From Bigelowiella natans CCMP2755 (taxonomy: Eukaryota; Protista; Cercozoa): 64,000 bases of DNA. The notes under the pieces were generated by a model, which was not told where the DNA came from, made no database searches, and saw only the letters and a list, made by a program, of their open reading frames with translations. Location: contig ADNK01000618.1 in assembly GCA_000320545.1 (NCBI GenBank), positions 1 through 64,000 of the forward strand, given 5' to 3'. The translations under genes and the position numbers were made by a program. The first letter of the stretch is position 1, and the number at the start of each line of letters is the position of its first letter. This document shows positions 25,855 through 39,082 of this stretch, piece after piece.

Positions 25855-27208
25855 ATGCGAGTTACGTTATTCTTAGTATGTGGTTTGCCTACTGATTTCA
25901 CAGCGTAGCTCGCCCTTGCGACAATCCAATATCGAGATATTTTCCCTATTTTCCCCGTACGAATGTAGTTCAAATGGAGTGCTTCTCAAAGAGGATCTTC
26001 CGCTCCCACCGACTCCGACCTTCCACGTGCGATTCGTCGTCAACGCACTGCAGATGGTACAGGAGATGATCCAAGCTCACAGATAATGGTGCCCCTATCT
26101 ACAGCTTCGCAGGTAAACCTCTGGCATTGATCAGTTCCTTGCTTCTGGGAGCTCGATGGAGATCAGAGACAGAAAGTGCAGCCGAACACCTGAGGTGACA
26201 CACATAGTTCTCTCTATCTGCTCCATTCCTGTCTCTTAGTTTTGCCTTGTTGATTCCTGGCAGGGTCGATGGACGACGCTTCTTGACAGAGGTAGAGCAC
26301 GCAGTCGTACATAATTTCTTGTATTCAATTATCAAGGACTGACAGACGATAATCAACTATTCCAGCCAGGCAAACTGGTAACGCGCGAAACAAGTTGGAC
26401 ACGCCTGCTGTAAAAAGCAAAGGCCAACTCAAACACTCCTTGGATCCCCCCAAAGAGTAAGACCAATCGCTTTCCTTTGTGTTTGACATTCTGTCCCTGC
26501 CATGAAGAAAAAACGAAAATATGACATTTATATATGTGTTACTAAACAAAAGCTATTCACCGTAGCGACTTGTATCCTTTTGTTACAACACTGCATCTAT
26601 TTTTTCGTTTATCTAATTTTTAAGCTAATCTTTCCTTGAGAGTATCCGGTAGTTCCTTATTTTCGAGCACCTTTACTTCTCTTACTGCTAGGTCCAGCGG
26701 AAATAAGAGGCCGACAAAGATTTACCTCCGCAGTGAAATATTGCCACTGTTGCGGCGGATCGTCCTCCTCCTTGTGCTCCTTGGAAGCTTCATAATACTC
26801 TGTAGAAAAGTCGCTTTTATCGTGGCGCAGAGCGGACTCTCACTGTCTTCAGCCGGGAAAGCGAGCAAGCATGCCGTCAGGCTTAGCCTCAATGTTAATC
26901 CTCGAGCACTTAGTGATTCCTTTCCTGCTGGGGTAGAAACAAGAAACAGCAAAGTAGTTGATACCGACACAGCAGGAGGATGGATAACCGCATTAGGCTC
27001 ACAATTAGGACAAATGACGACTGTCACCACTAAGAGGTTGGATGACAGAGGAGGCGGTGAGGATCTCAGTTTTAATGTCAATGACGCTCTAGCCAAGTTC
27101 CCAGTGACACGTCTTTCTGGCGTTTCCAACGTTTCACCCTCTAAAAAAGGTTAATGGCGCTGCTTGTACTGCTAGTGTGCTATATTTTCTACATCGCTGC
27201 TCGTGTTG

Positions 27209-27258
<50 letters not shown>

Positions 27259-27361
27259 TGTGGCGCGAGGGAAAGTGTGGGAGCGTCCATGTGTACTCGT
27301 ATGCGGAGCATATTATTTTAAAGTGTAAGTGTAAAGTCTCACGAGAAATTTTAATTTCTTT

Positions 27362-27404
<43 letters not shown>

Positions 27405-28164
27405 TTAGGCCTCGATGGCAGCCATGGAATCTGGACTCCCTCACAAATTATCCTTGGTGAAGACCCAGAGAGTTATTTTGGGAAAATTCACCGATATGAA
27501 ATCGTTTGTGAAGTCGACCCGGAAATAAAGATCGGCAAGGAGTCCGGAAGTGAGGGAAAATGGAAGAAGAGTGAGGAAAACCAGAACAAGAAGCTAATAC
27601 GGATTGGGCTGCTGGCTTCAATTGTGGGAGAAAATGGCAACTGGCCAGGTTGCTATCTTGCGGCGCTCCAAGAAACCAAAATTCTCAGATCCTGCCGGGA
27701 CTTAGCCTTCAAAGGAAGTGGAGGACAGGAGAGAGCTGGAGAGAAAAAGATTGTAGGAGAGAATATGATTGCAGACGATGAAGACATCGACGACATCGAC
27801 GACATTGACGACAGCGACGAAGACTGGATATTAGAGGGGGAGGGGGGAAGTCGGAAACTCAAAGCACTAGAGCAGGAGGAAAAGTACATGGAGAATTTGG
27901 ATGATCGTAAGGGTGCAATATCGACTGATTCATCGAATGATACTGCTGTTGGTGATGACGTCGCCGCGGCCTTAGAGATTTTGATGATTACAATCGATGA
28001 GATCCTGGATCCGAGAGTCATGTTCGCCGCCCTTCACCATTTGAAGATGGTGCGTGGGGATTCCTACGTGCAGAATGTGCCGTTTCACATTGATATGAGT
28101 CAGAGACCAGACTTTAGTCTTCCCTTTGCTCGACGGATCCAAGGGGTATATATGTTTGTGATGT

Positions 28165-28201
<37 letters not shown>

Positions 28202-30142
28202 TTCACGGAGGATAAAGAGGGGCACGTATGCGATATTGATGATGATTATGATGATGATGATGACCACGAATTATTTTTTAATGCAATGACTCATGTTGAG
28301 GTAGTGCTCCTAGATTTTCAGAACGACGCAGGATTCTGTGCGAATAAAATTATTATCTGCGCAGCATCAGCATCCTGACTATTCATTAGAAAATAGTCTC
28401 ATCAAACGGCCTTCTCCTTCTTCTTCCCTATCCCGTCTTTCTACCCCCCTTCAAGGTGTTCGAAAAGCTTAATATCCCTCGAGAACACGTCTCAGCGCTA
28501 CACTACCGCGCTGGATTTATCGCTCGCCCCGACGGAATAGTTGAAGTGCCCTCAACCCATAACAGAATATCGGAAGAGATAGTAAAGGAGCGGATCAATT
28601 CATTTGATAGGAGGTACTAAGAGCCAGGATCCTGAGGAAGGGGATGGGGAGTCATGGGTGGTCGCTAGTGTTGTGTGTCCTCCGAAAATTTCTAGCAAGA
28701 AGGGGACGATTGTCATTTTTTTTAAAAAAGGAATTTAAGCGTACTGTTGATCACCTTTGTGGAGCAAGCGACATAGTTCCAATCAAGCCCTGTCGCATCC
28801 AACATTTTCGGTGTTATTGGAATGGTGCTCTGGGGGCGGTTTCAACAAATGCAATAGCGATGGCATCGGCAAATGTCTTTATCCCTGCTCCACACCCTAC
28901 TTTATCTGTTATACCATTCTCATTATGAATTCTTGTTTGGAACAGGGATGTGGATGCGTTGAGCCCCCTACTCCGCAGTTACTTCTGGCACGGATACTGG
29001 TGGGAATTAATGAAGCTTTCAGAGAAGACGCGGAGGCCTGGTGAATGCGACACGGTGGAAGATAGTGCGAGTATAAGACCGTCATCGTCGTCAACAGACG
29101 AGTATCATCCATTTTTACTGCTCGGAGGGTAAGAAAGCATTTCCTCCAAAGATTTTCGAAAGATTAGTCGAACCCAGCACGTGCTCATCTCGGGCATACT
29201 CTTGCACCAAATGCACTGCCATGTTGATAAAGTTGTGAAATATGTGACCCACTACCCCATTACCCACACCCCCTCCTCCTCCTCCTTTTCTCAGGGATGC
29301 AACCGAGGAGCGCACAGCAATGGTTTTCCAGCTCTGGAGGCGAGGCTTATTGTCTCGCAAGAAGGGCAATCTTTGGAGCTTCCAGACACCTGAGATGTGC
29401 TGTAAGATGCGGAACAATGAAGGGGGCACGGAATATAAAAATGGCGGTGGTGCGGAAGAGGTTGAAAGTACTCAAGGTGATGACTGCTCAGGGATTTATC
29501 GACCTTCCGATGAAGAAAGCGTATTTTTTAACGAAATCCGCCGGAATCCACAAAAGCACAAAAGATTCTGCTCTCTATTCCCTAAAAACCTTGACATGAA
29601 ACTCACCGGCCAGACGCTCAATATAGACCGTACTTTCGCTCCTGAGGCACTCTACAACGCCACGGCATTCTCCATCGTCTTCGAGTCGCATCTAGATTCT
29701 CCGAAGCTCAGTGCGCTTACCGAGAAACCGCTCAAGGCGGTAGAATAATTGAAACTGAATTATTATCCACTCCTCTCTAGTGTGCTCATTGTTTACTCTT
29801 CCTCAGATTGCAATGGGTCACCCATTCGTTCTTCTCTTCGCAGCTGCGGAAGCAGATCGTTTGTTAACCTCCTTCGGATTCCAAGATTCCTCCCCTATCA
29901 AGCACCCCACATTGCTCCGTGAAGTGTATGGCGAAGAGAATCAGGGTGCTGGCATAGATAAAGATTTAAGAAAGATTGGAAAGTACATTGCAAAAGTCAC
30001 AAAGGCGATCCCCGCTAGTTCATGGTCATTACTCGAGCGGAAAGCAAAAGCAAACCGACGGCACATGCGTTGCGGCGGACTTAGAGAGCGCATGACGAGG
30101 CACCTTGTCGGCACTTTCGTCACCACTCTCAACCTTTCTTGA
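25855..30142 (+). CDS. Type II membrane glycosyltransferase-like protein with a GT10 (fucosyltransferase)-like, phage-type C-terminal domain
   Basis: Signal anchor RRIVLLLVLLGSFIILC and a stem region. C-terminal domain FLLLGG|DATEERTAMVFQLWRRGLL...GNLWSF and LYNATAFSIVFESH...LTEKPLKA|IAMGHPFVLLF...LLTSFGFQ. Start codon uncertain. Confidence 0.6.
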
Positions 30143-30598
30143 AATGGAAAAAAACAGTTGCAGAGATGAGCGGTGCTGGATGCGGATGATTCAGAGCAGA
30201 TGCACCATGAGTGCAAAGGCCAAACTGCGGGAAATGCATCAAACAATTTGTGAATTTCTTGCCTCTTTCCTGTGGATTTTCCATGCGTTTTGAGTTGCAC
30301 AGTTGATGCAATGTCACTCGACACCAGCAAGGACAGACGAGCGCAGTGATTTTGAGTGAACAAAATGAAACATGTGAATGAAACCAAACGTCAACCAACA
30401 TGAGCAATTGCGCACAAACTCAAATTGAAGAAACGTGTGATGCTTGCAATGATCATTGTCATTGGAATTCCATCAGCAAGAGCTAGAGCTAGTGCGACGT
30501 TTGTCCAGATCGATGTGTGTGGTGTGTGCGTGACAATGCATGACGGTGGCGTGAAGTTCGATGCCAGCGCATGCTGCTAGCATGAGCAGCTCTGCGCA
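30084..30598. other. TpA-depleted, CTAG-sparing island B
   Basis: No TA at all in 30084-30483. Only 3 TA up to 30598, all in CTAG. The signal fades gradually to ~30900. Confidence 0.9.
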
Positions 30599-31449
30599 TA
30601 TTCGGTCGAGATGTCGTCATCGAAGTCATGCAAGCAATGCCTTCAGTAGCAAAACATGGCAAACAGCCTCATTGAAGATCGCATCTGATGACAACCATGC
30701 ACTAGTGCGTACATGAGCATGTATGTGAATAATTGTCGTTCATGCTGTAGTCAGCCCATGAACAAGTGATAGCATGCATGTGCTACACGCCATGCCGTGT
30801 GTGAGTCATGTACGTAGAAATCTGTGCGACTACCACCATCATCAGATGATGTTTACTCCTAGTATAGAGCAACACAGAGCAGTGTTGCAGCAATAGGAGA
30901 TGGAGGCGTGTGCCATGCAGCTATCGGCAGCATTTCTGGTTAGCACAATGAGATGCTTTGGTTAACCAATGACTAAGAAAACATTGTCCAGAACAAATTA
31001 TACAGTCGATGTCTGCTTTCCGATCTCTGAGGTGTAGACGCTTTGTAGACTGTAATTCTACTAATCGATAACTATTCGATATGTTAATAACACTATTACA
31101 CTTTCCTATCCCTACATGTGGTAATATGTAGATTTGGAGCACGTAATCTGGGGACCTACTGGTAGCTGAGGGACGGAATGACACCGAATCTAACTCTGTT
31201 GAGATCTTCTTACACAGAGATGGAGTTTTTTAAACACTTAGAATATGTGAATTTCGTCACAGACATGTATCCTTCCGAACAAAATCGTAAATATAAAGTT
31301 ACTTCGGTATTGATTCGTAATTAAGAAAATTAAAATGATGACGGGACTAGTCGGTGCTCTGTCCTGAGATGAATCGATGCAAAAAACTCTCTTATGGAGG
31401 TAGAACAAAAAAGTGATAGACAACATAATGCTTGTATCCTCTTACAAAT

Positions 31450-32529
31450 TGTGTAAATCAAAGGAGGAGCTGCTCACGCCTTGCTATTCTGTAGTAGTCG
31501 TCGTGTTTCTCGTCGCAGAAGGCGGTTCAAATTGTACATCGTTAGAGGCACCCTCCTTGCTTCAGTTGTATTCTCAACGAATATTTCATTTATATCTCGC
31601 AACAGAAAAGTATTTTCCAGACGCAGTTCTTGCCTCTTCATTTTTCGTCTTAATTTTTGGCTGAATTGTGGCAGATGTTGAAATAGCTTTTCGCGGTGGG
31701 GACTGGAAGTTTGCCTTTATAGGTTCTCAGGGGCCATCGCTTCGATCGCTTGCTTTGGGCTCTGTTATTGACACAGAGGAAACTAGATGGAGGCGGCTTA
31801 TTTTGTGATTTGGAAGTCGGGTTTCTCCTCAACAAAGGACGCGTTACTACTGCATGAAGTTTGTCTCTCCAATTGTCGTAGATGATCTCGGCCATATCGC
31901 TAAATATGTCACCTCTGGTCGAAACAGCCTGTTTACTCAGATCACGACTTCGCTCCACCTGCAACCTTCTCGATGAAGATTCGAAGCAGCACCGATAGCA
32001 TTTGGGAACCTTCTTAGTAGAGGATTGATGTACGGTCTTCCAAAAGGAGGGCTTGAAACGTGCAGGCCTTCGTCTCATCGTTTGAATGTCCACGGCAATG
32101 AATCTGCTTCGAAACTGGAAACTGCAGACCTTCTCCCCTTCTCCTTCTGATGATGATGACACAGAGCGTGCGGGGGGCAGAAAGTGTTTACTTCTAAACG
32201 TGCACCACGGTGCAACTTGGTGCCATTTTTACCCGGCCGACGATTTACATTCCTTGTCGAAGGGTTGTTTTGCAGGACACTTGCCTCTCGGAACTGGAGA
32301 GATAATAATTCGTCACAAGGCTACCATACCGTTTTCTGGGGTACTCAAATTTCAGAGAAATGAATTCCGCTCCAAACAGCAAAAACGCAGTGCAATTTTG
32401 TTGTGACTCCTCCTCCCCTGCGAGTTCCAAGTGCTCGTCAGTGGCACGTACGCTACCCACGTGCTTCTTCGACTCAATTTGGGATTGAACCTGCTCCAAG
32501 GCATAGTCGCGGGGTGAAAAATCAGCCAA
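31450..32529 (-). CDS. Hypothetical multi-exon protein
   Basis: ORFs 32245-32529 and 31650-32162 with plausible GT/AG junctions, divergent from EMC2. No family recognised. Confidence 0.4.
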
Positions 32530-32858
32530 ATTTTGGTCACTTTGGCTCGCGCTTATCCTATTTATAGCATCGGAAGTTTCCTAGATCTTGGGCTTTTCGA
32601 GGATGCTGAAGACCGAGCATCGGGCATGCATTGAAATAGTCAGGGATTCAGCGATTAATCCCGGTATTACTGCTGTTATTGGAACTAGTATTTCTCGGCT
32701 CCTCGCGTGCATCCAGGCCTCGACTGCTTGCAATGGCTGCTCTCATAGATGAATTCGCAATCTCGGATGACCCACAAGGCACCGAGAACTTTTTCCCCCC
32801 AACATTAGCTTCCCTTCCACTATCTCTAAACTGAGATGGTTGACGATCATTCGATGAC

Positions 32859-33194
32859 ATGACAGGCGAGCTTTCGGAAAGGCTTAGAAAAATTCAAACA
32901 AACCTCAGCACCGCTAAAGAAGAGAAGCTTGAGCTTATTCAATTTCTAAAGAATCATAAGGTCCGCTGCCTCCTCCCCAAGCCTTCTTGTTACAAATTTT
33001 TCGGAAGTTATTGCGACCTTATGTTTTTATATGCCGCATGCATTGAGTGCATTTGCATAATTCAGTTCGTGTGGATCTCTGTTGACCGTTTTGACCTCAG
33101 ATACGTAAACCAGAATTGGTAGTGAAGTATGGGTTGCAGCTAATGGATGCCTACCAGTCCCACTTGGGGGATGACGGTTAGCTAATGTCCTTCA

Positions 33195-33241
<47 letters not shown>

Positions 33242-33701
33242 CTTGTGTGTATATCATGGTTGTTTATCGGGTTCATTTTAATAAGGGTAAGGGAGGTGCT
33301 GGACGAAATTAGGTTTAGTAATCTACCCCATCAGTAGAGTCGCAAATGATGTCATCTCCGACACGACGTTACTGTTTGTTAGATACTTTTCTTTTTCTTC
33401 TTTCTTCTTCACAATTGAGCATGGGCATCATCATATAATTAGGGAAGGAATAGGAGAGTATTGCTGTTGATATTGCTACGCTTACTATAACAACTATTAC
33501 TCTTAGTATGGGATATGATCGAAGACGTTCTGATCTCCTCTTTGGATATCGGAAACGAGCAACTCGCTTACGACATGTACACTCGGTATAATGATCATAG
33601 ATACTGCTAAGTTCCTTTCTGTTAATCGCAACTACGGACAACTAAAATGACAATGGTTATTGCTGAGGACAGATCTCATGGGCACGTATCATATACCTAT
33701 A

Positions 33702-33749
<48 letters not shown>

Positions 33750-34009
33750 CAGTTGCGTTCCTTTGAAGAGTCAAAAGATCGTGCAGTTGTGGCATACATA
33801 CCACGATGACTTGATTTAGGTTGGATGGAAAATTCAAGAAACCTGAGGGCTCCATAAGACTAGATAGGCTCAAAGCCAGAATACGGGTAATAGCAGCATG
33901 ATAACGACGACGACGATGTAGGATATATATTGGGGAGGGGAGGAGTACGAGACGATGCTGCTCGAAGTGACGTTATCCATTGCTATTGATGATCACAATT
34001 CTCGTTAAA

Positions 34010-34055
<46 letters not shown>

Positions 34056-34183
34056 CATATATCTTCATAGGAATTTCGAGGCGAATACGACCGCGCTACC
34101 AAGATCTATCTCTGTATGCTTTATTAGTTATTGCCAGTATCAATCATCTCACACATAAGAACTGGCGTACAGCGCACGTGCAT

Positions 34184-34230
<47 letters not shown>

Positions 34231-36013
34231 ATGCTCGTGATTGATCAATCATAATAGCTGAATGTAGATACATCATTGGTTTTTTGAACAAACACGTAGC
34301 ACATATCACTACATCAATCATCATCGAAGTACTCTCGATATATTCCTCATTTCAAAATACTTCCTTCTCGCACCGTTCATGAAAAACCGAAGCCATTCTG
34401 AGTCGGGACGAAACAAACAAACACGCATATCGCCGACTGGCATGCGTCGCAAAGGTAGGTGCGCGTAGCCACCATGACGCTATGCCGACCTGATGCTTCT
34501 AGTTTGTAACACGTCACAGAGAAACCAATTGTTGTTATCATTGCTACCACTACTACTTCCCATTCTTGCTCATCGTCGTATTTGCTAGGCGAAAGGCGAT
34601 CCTGCCGGCACTGTGGACGCTTTGAATGAATATCTGAAGGTAGCAGCTTGTTATCACCGTCAGGCCCACCATTATCATCGTCTCACAGAAAATACAAAAC
34701 GTTCTCTGCTGTCGTCATTTTCCCTGCAGATATTTCCTGGGGATCTTGAAGGATGGCTGGAGTTGGCGGAGGTGTACACATCCCTGGAGCGGTAGTAGAG
34801 TAGTAATAGCAAGAGAAGTAGTAGTCGTAATAACCCAACACAAGTGGTACAGAAAGTATCTTCCTTCTCTTTTCAGTTTACTTGGAATCTTGATCCTTAA
34901 AGTATTAGTCAACGTCTCCAAGCCCCCTCTTCTCAGTTTTCCTAACCGTCGTTGTGACTACCTGATTTACATATTACATGTCGGTCCTCTGCTACGCACT
35001 ACTCTCATCGTCCTTCATTCTGAAGATATGAGTACGTGAAGTTCTGTTATGAGGAAGCGATCCTCATTGAGCCGCACGACTATCGGTTCCCTTTGCTCTA
35101 CGCTGATGCGCTATACTCCCTCGGTTGTTTAGCGTGTGCTGTAAACAGTGGTGGTGAAATAAATCATGACATTAGTAATCGTGTTTGTCCCCGTTTGGCA
35201 GGATTGTTTACATTGATGTGTCGTATGAAATATCATCCTTGAGCCGTGTATGGTCATGTCAGGCCAGCAGAAAAGGAAGACTAATATGAAAGATCCAATC
35301 GAGACCGCGAAGTACCTAAGTTCTAACTGTTGTAGTAGTAGTCGTCGTAGTGGTAGTGGTGGCGGTGGTTGTAGATGTAAGAGCAGCAGCAGAGTTGCTG
35401 GCTTAGAATCTTTCCTTTCATTACCAAGTGATGATGGCGAGTTGCTATTGGTGTATTCAATAATTGACGATTCTCTGCCGGTTCTCAAATCTGTATTCGG
35501 TGTGCGTGTGCGCGGATGTGTGGTGGTGAGGACGTACTACATACAGGCACTAGAATTGTGCCCTGGAAACATCCGAGCTCTCCTTGGTTTAGCTATGTGC
35601 ATTCGATACCTGAAAGTGCGTTTCTATGAGACCTAAGATGTTTGTTGGTAGTATGCAGCGTACCCGTGAAGAGGAGAGGAGGGGGAGGAGGAGGAGGAGG
35701 AAGAAGAAAACTCAGAATCCTCTTACGTCGTTCGTCTCAACATGCATATCTCTCTTCATGCTGTCCCTCCCTCAAATTGCTACCTTGAACCAAAGTGAAT
35801 AATAACCATAGGTGACTCCACAGACACAAAAGCTCTTCGAATGGTACTATTTCCCAATCAACAGAGTCGGCTATTTTGCTTACACTGCAATCCCTTGCCT
35901 CCTACCCCCCCCCCTCTATCAGGATCGAAAAGGAAGTTACAAAAGCGTATGCAAAGGCCGGAAGTGGGGGAAGAAACATGCTGCAGTATGTTCTGAAAGC
36001 ACTTCGACAATGA
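32859..36013 (+). CDS. EMC2: ER membrane protein complex subunit 2 (TTC35, TPR protein)
   Basis: Spliced exons IRKPELVVKYG, WDMIEDVLISSLDIG, ILSRDETNKHAYRR, ALNEYLK|IFPGDLEGWLELAEVY, KFCYEEAILIEP, YADALYSLG and YYIQALELCPGNIRALLGL. Last exon ends YVLKALRQ*. Confidence 0.88.
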
Positions 36014-36597
36014 GCGATAAGCGTGCGGTCGGCGGTGTAGATCGAAGCGTCATGTCATTCAGCGCAAAGGCTTGTGTCCATGCTGCTTCTCGTCGCTCAA
36101 CAGAGCAGAGCTTTGAGTCTACGCAGTCTGTTTGTATCGAAGGCGTATTGAGTTACGTGTTCTGAGTGGAGTTTTATCACATAGCAATGCGATGCTCATG
36201 CATGCTAGCATGTCATCATCACCATCACGTGCTTGATGTGTAGCAACGTTGCACATACAATATGCGCAATAAGGGGGCACAAAAACCACAGCAACTGTTG
36301 CGTAAATGAGATCTATGTGCTACATTGATCTAGCGCCTATGTACATCAAATGATTCACACATTATTGCATGCGAGTGACGACGATGATGCTTCATTGAAT
36401 TGATCGAATTGTGCAATGTTGCATGTGATAATAAATATCGCTAGCTAGCTTGATCCCCAACAGCTCCTGTGACTAGATGAACGCAAAATGAATGTAGGAT
36501 GTATGGGCGATATCCGTGTCTTGCTTGCTACGTGTTGTACCAAGACCACTTCTGTTTACATTTCTCGTGGATAATCATCATTCGTATCCCCTCTCCT

Positions 36598-37119
36598 CTA
36601 CAGTTTCGAAACGACTTTAGCAGCGGCTGCCACGTTCTTCTTAAAGGCAGCACGCGTGTCTTTTGACATAGGCTTGATTGTAATGGAATTCTGCATGCAA
36701 CAATAACGCGATAAGCAGGATGGTACAATGATGGATTCGCTCTCTATTCAATGTGATATGAAGAGAGAATAGAGGATGCAATCCAACATGCCCTCTCATC
36801 TCTCTCTCATCTTGAAAGAAGTGTTTCTTACCGCCGGTCGATTGTGCACGATATCGTCCCCCCTAATACCACAATAGAGATGATAAATGATGAGCGAAAG
36901 CATGAGGGCTCTCTGCAAAGGCATTTAGTTTCTGCCACGAATTCACACGCACACACTTAAAACAAGAACCACTACACATAACGTACATAACTTCGATGAA
37001 TCCCTTGCGGTGAGATTATTCTATTGTTGCCATATTGTGTTTGTTAATGATGTGTCACCTAACGGCCGATAGCGCGCGGAATACAGCCTCAGGCTGATCT
37101 GGGGGACTTTGATAGCGAC

Positions 37120-37154
<35 letters not shown>

Positions 37155-39029
37155 TATCATGATCATGATCATCATCAGCAGCAGCAGCATCATTGCTACC
37201 TCAATTCTCAAATCGCAGAAATCTAAAACCATGATGTATCTCTCGTATTTTAAGTAAGTGCGTCGGTTCGCACGTAAATGCGAGAGGATGGATAGAGGAG
37301 GGACACCGAGTTTTACTGAACAGAGTAGTTCTATATGTATGGGGTATGTGTGTGTGTGTGTGTGTGTTTAGAAAGGTTCAAGAGAAGGGAGAGACCGTTG
37401 GGTAGTACTTACGTGATGACGAGATAGAAGTCACCTCGTTTTAGTCGCTTGTACATGCCTATGATGATGATTTTGATGATGTTGATTATGATCATGATGA
37501 TAATGATGATAATGATGATGATGATATCCCAGAAAATGAGTTTTTATATGATTGAAATGAAAGACGAAGAAAGTGGGTGAGGGAAGGAATGAAGGCGGAG
37601 GAGGAGGAGGAGGAGGGGGAGAGACGAGAGAAGGAGGAGACGATTACTTTCCACAACTTCTTCCACAGAGAGACCCTAAAGCGTTGACGACGACGAAACG
37701 TGGAGGCCAAACAGCAAACAAACATCATCACAAATCTGCTCGGAGCGACAATATGTTCTTATTTCATAATGAGTGATGATGATTGCAGACGATCTCGTGC
37801 GTACGATGTAATTCGTATTGCATACAATAGAGCTGCTAGAAGAAGCACCAATGAACATATCTCCGTAAAGCAGCTGTGTCGTCGTAGTAGTAAGAGGGTA
37901 ATCATTCATGCGTCCACTCACCGGTGGTGTTGATTTATTTCACGGGAGTGTAGTTGGAGAGGCAGTATGCCGTAGTTGTTATAACATGTTAGAATACTAT
38001 GGTGGTGGTGTTTTCGAATGATGAGTCGTTCAGCAAGAGAGGTTTTCGGTCGGTAGTTTTATTGCTGTTTGTTGTTGTTGTTGTTGTTGTTGTCTGAGTC
38101 TTTTATGTTGGAATATTACGTTTGACTTCAACTTGGCGTTGAACCTATCCAGAGCGAGCTTCTCGTCGCTCCCTGTCAATATGCTATTCGAGGAAGCTGT
38201 GGATGGATGTACCGCAAACAGAAAAAAGAAAAAGTAGTAGTACCAATGATTCTTTCAGTAATACACTCAATCACGCACACTTCTTCAATTCTCATAAATT
38301 AAATTTTTTAAATATGAGTAGGGAGTAGTGAGGGAGGAGAAAGAAGAAGAGAGAGCGCGCGCGAGAGAGAGAGAGAGAGAGATAACGACGGTGACAGCAA
38401 TTATAATGATAAGAAAAAGGAGGAGGAGGAGGCTATCGATCTTATTTCTCCACCTCCCTTCTTCTTCTTTCTGTATTGCTGATATACTCATTTCCTCAAT
38501 TGCTTACACTACCGAATTTGTGGTTCTGCTGCGCTCGTTGACTATTCTCTATTATCCCCGTCTTGACCATACCGGGCATCAACACCTTCATGAGGAAGGA
38601 GGAGGAGGAGGAGGAGGAGGAGGAGGAGTGTTAATAGGACTTGCCTCACTTGAGGAGTTGAGTATCATTATTATCATCACATCATCATTAATAAAATACT
38701 GTTCTCAATCAATAGTATTACGATTTTCCTTTGGAAGAATAATACCGCCGATGATCTTTCTCTCTCTCTCCCTCCTTCTCTCTCTCTCTCTCTCTCTCTC
38801 ACTGCAGTGTGTGTTTGTGATCCTCCTCCTCCTACTCCTCCTCCTCCCCTTACATGAGTTGTGAGCTTGGACTTCTTCGCCCTCAACTCAACGGCAAGAC
38901 ACTCTGTCAGCGATGTCACCTGTGGAGGGGGGGGCAGGGGAGAAGGGAAGTGATGAGCAATGAAAATGAATAATACATGGAATACATGAGGTGCTAACAT
39001 TTGATAATTCGTAGGCGTATGTGTGTGTG

Positions 39030-39082
<53 letters not shown>

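Noticed and set aside
33196-33242. (TA)n directly abutting (TG)n as evidence of TA->TG conversion
   Set aside because: Compound TA/TG microsatellites are common in many genomes, and long pure (TA)n tracts persist in introns here, so this is not diagnostic.
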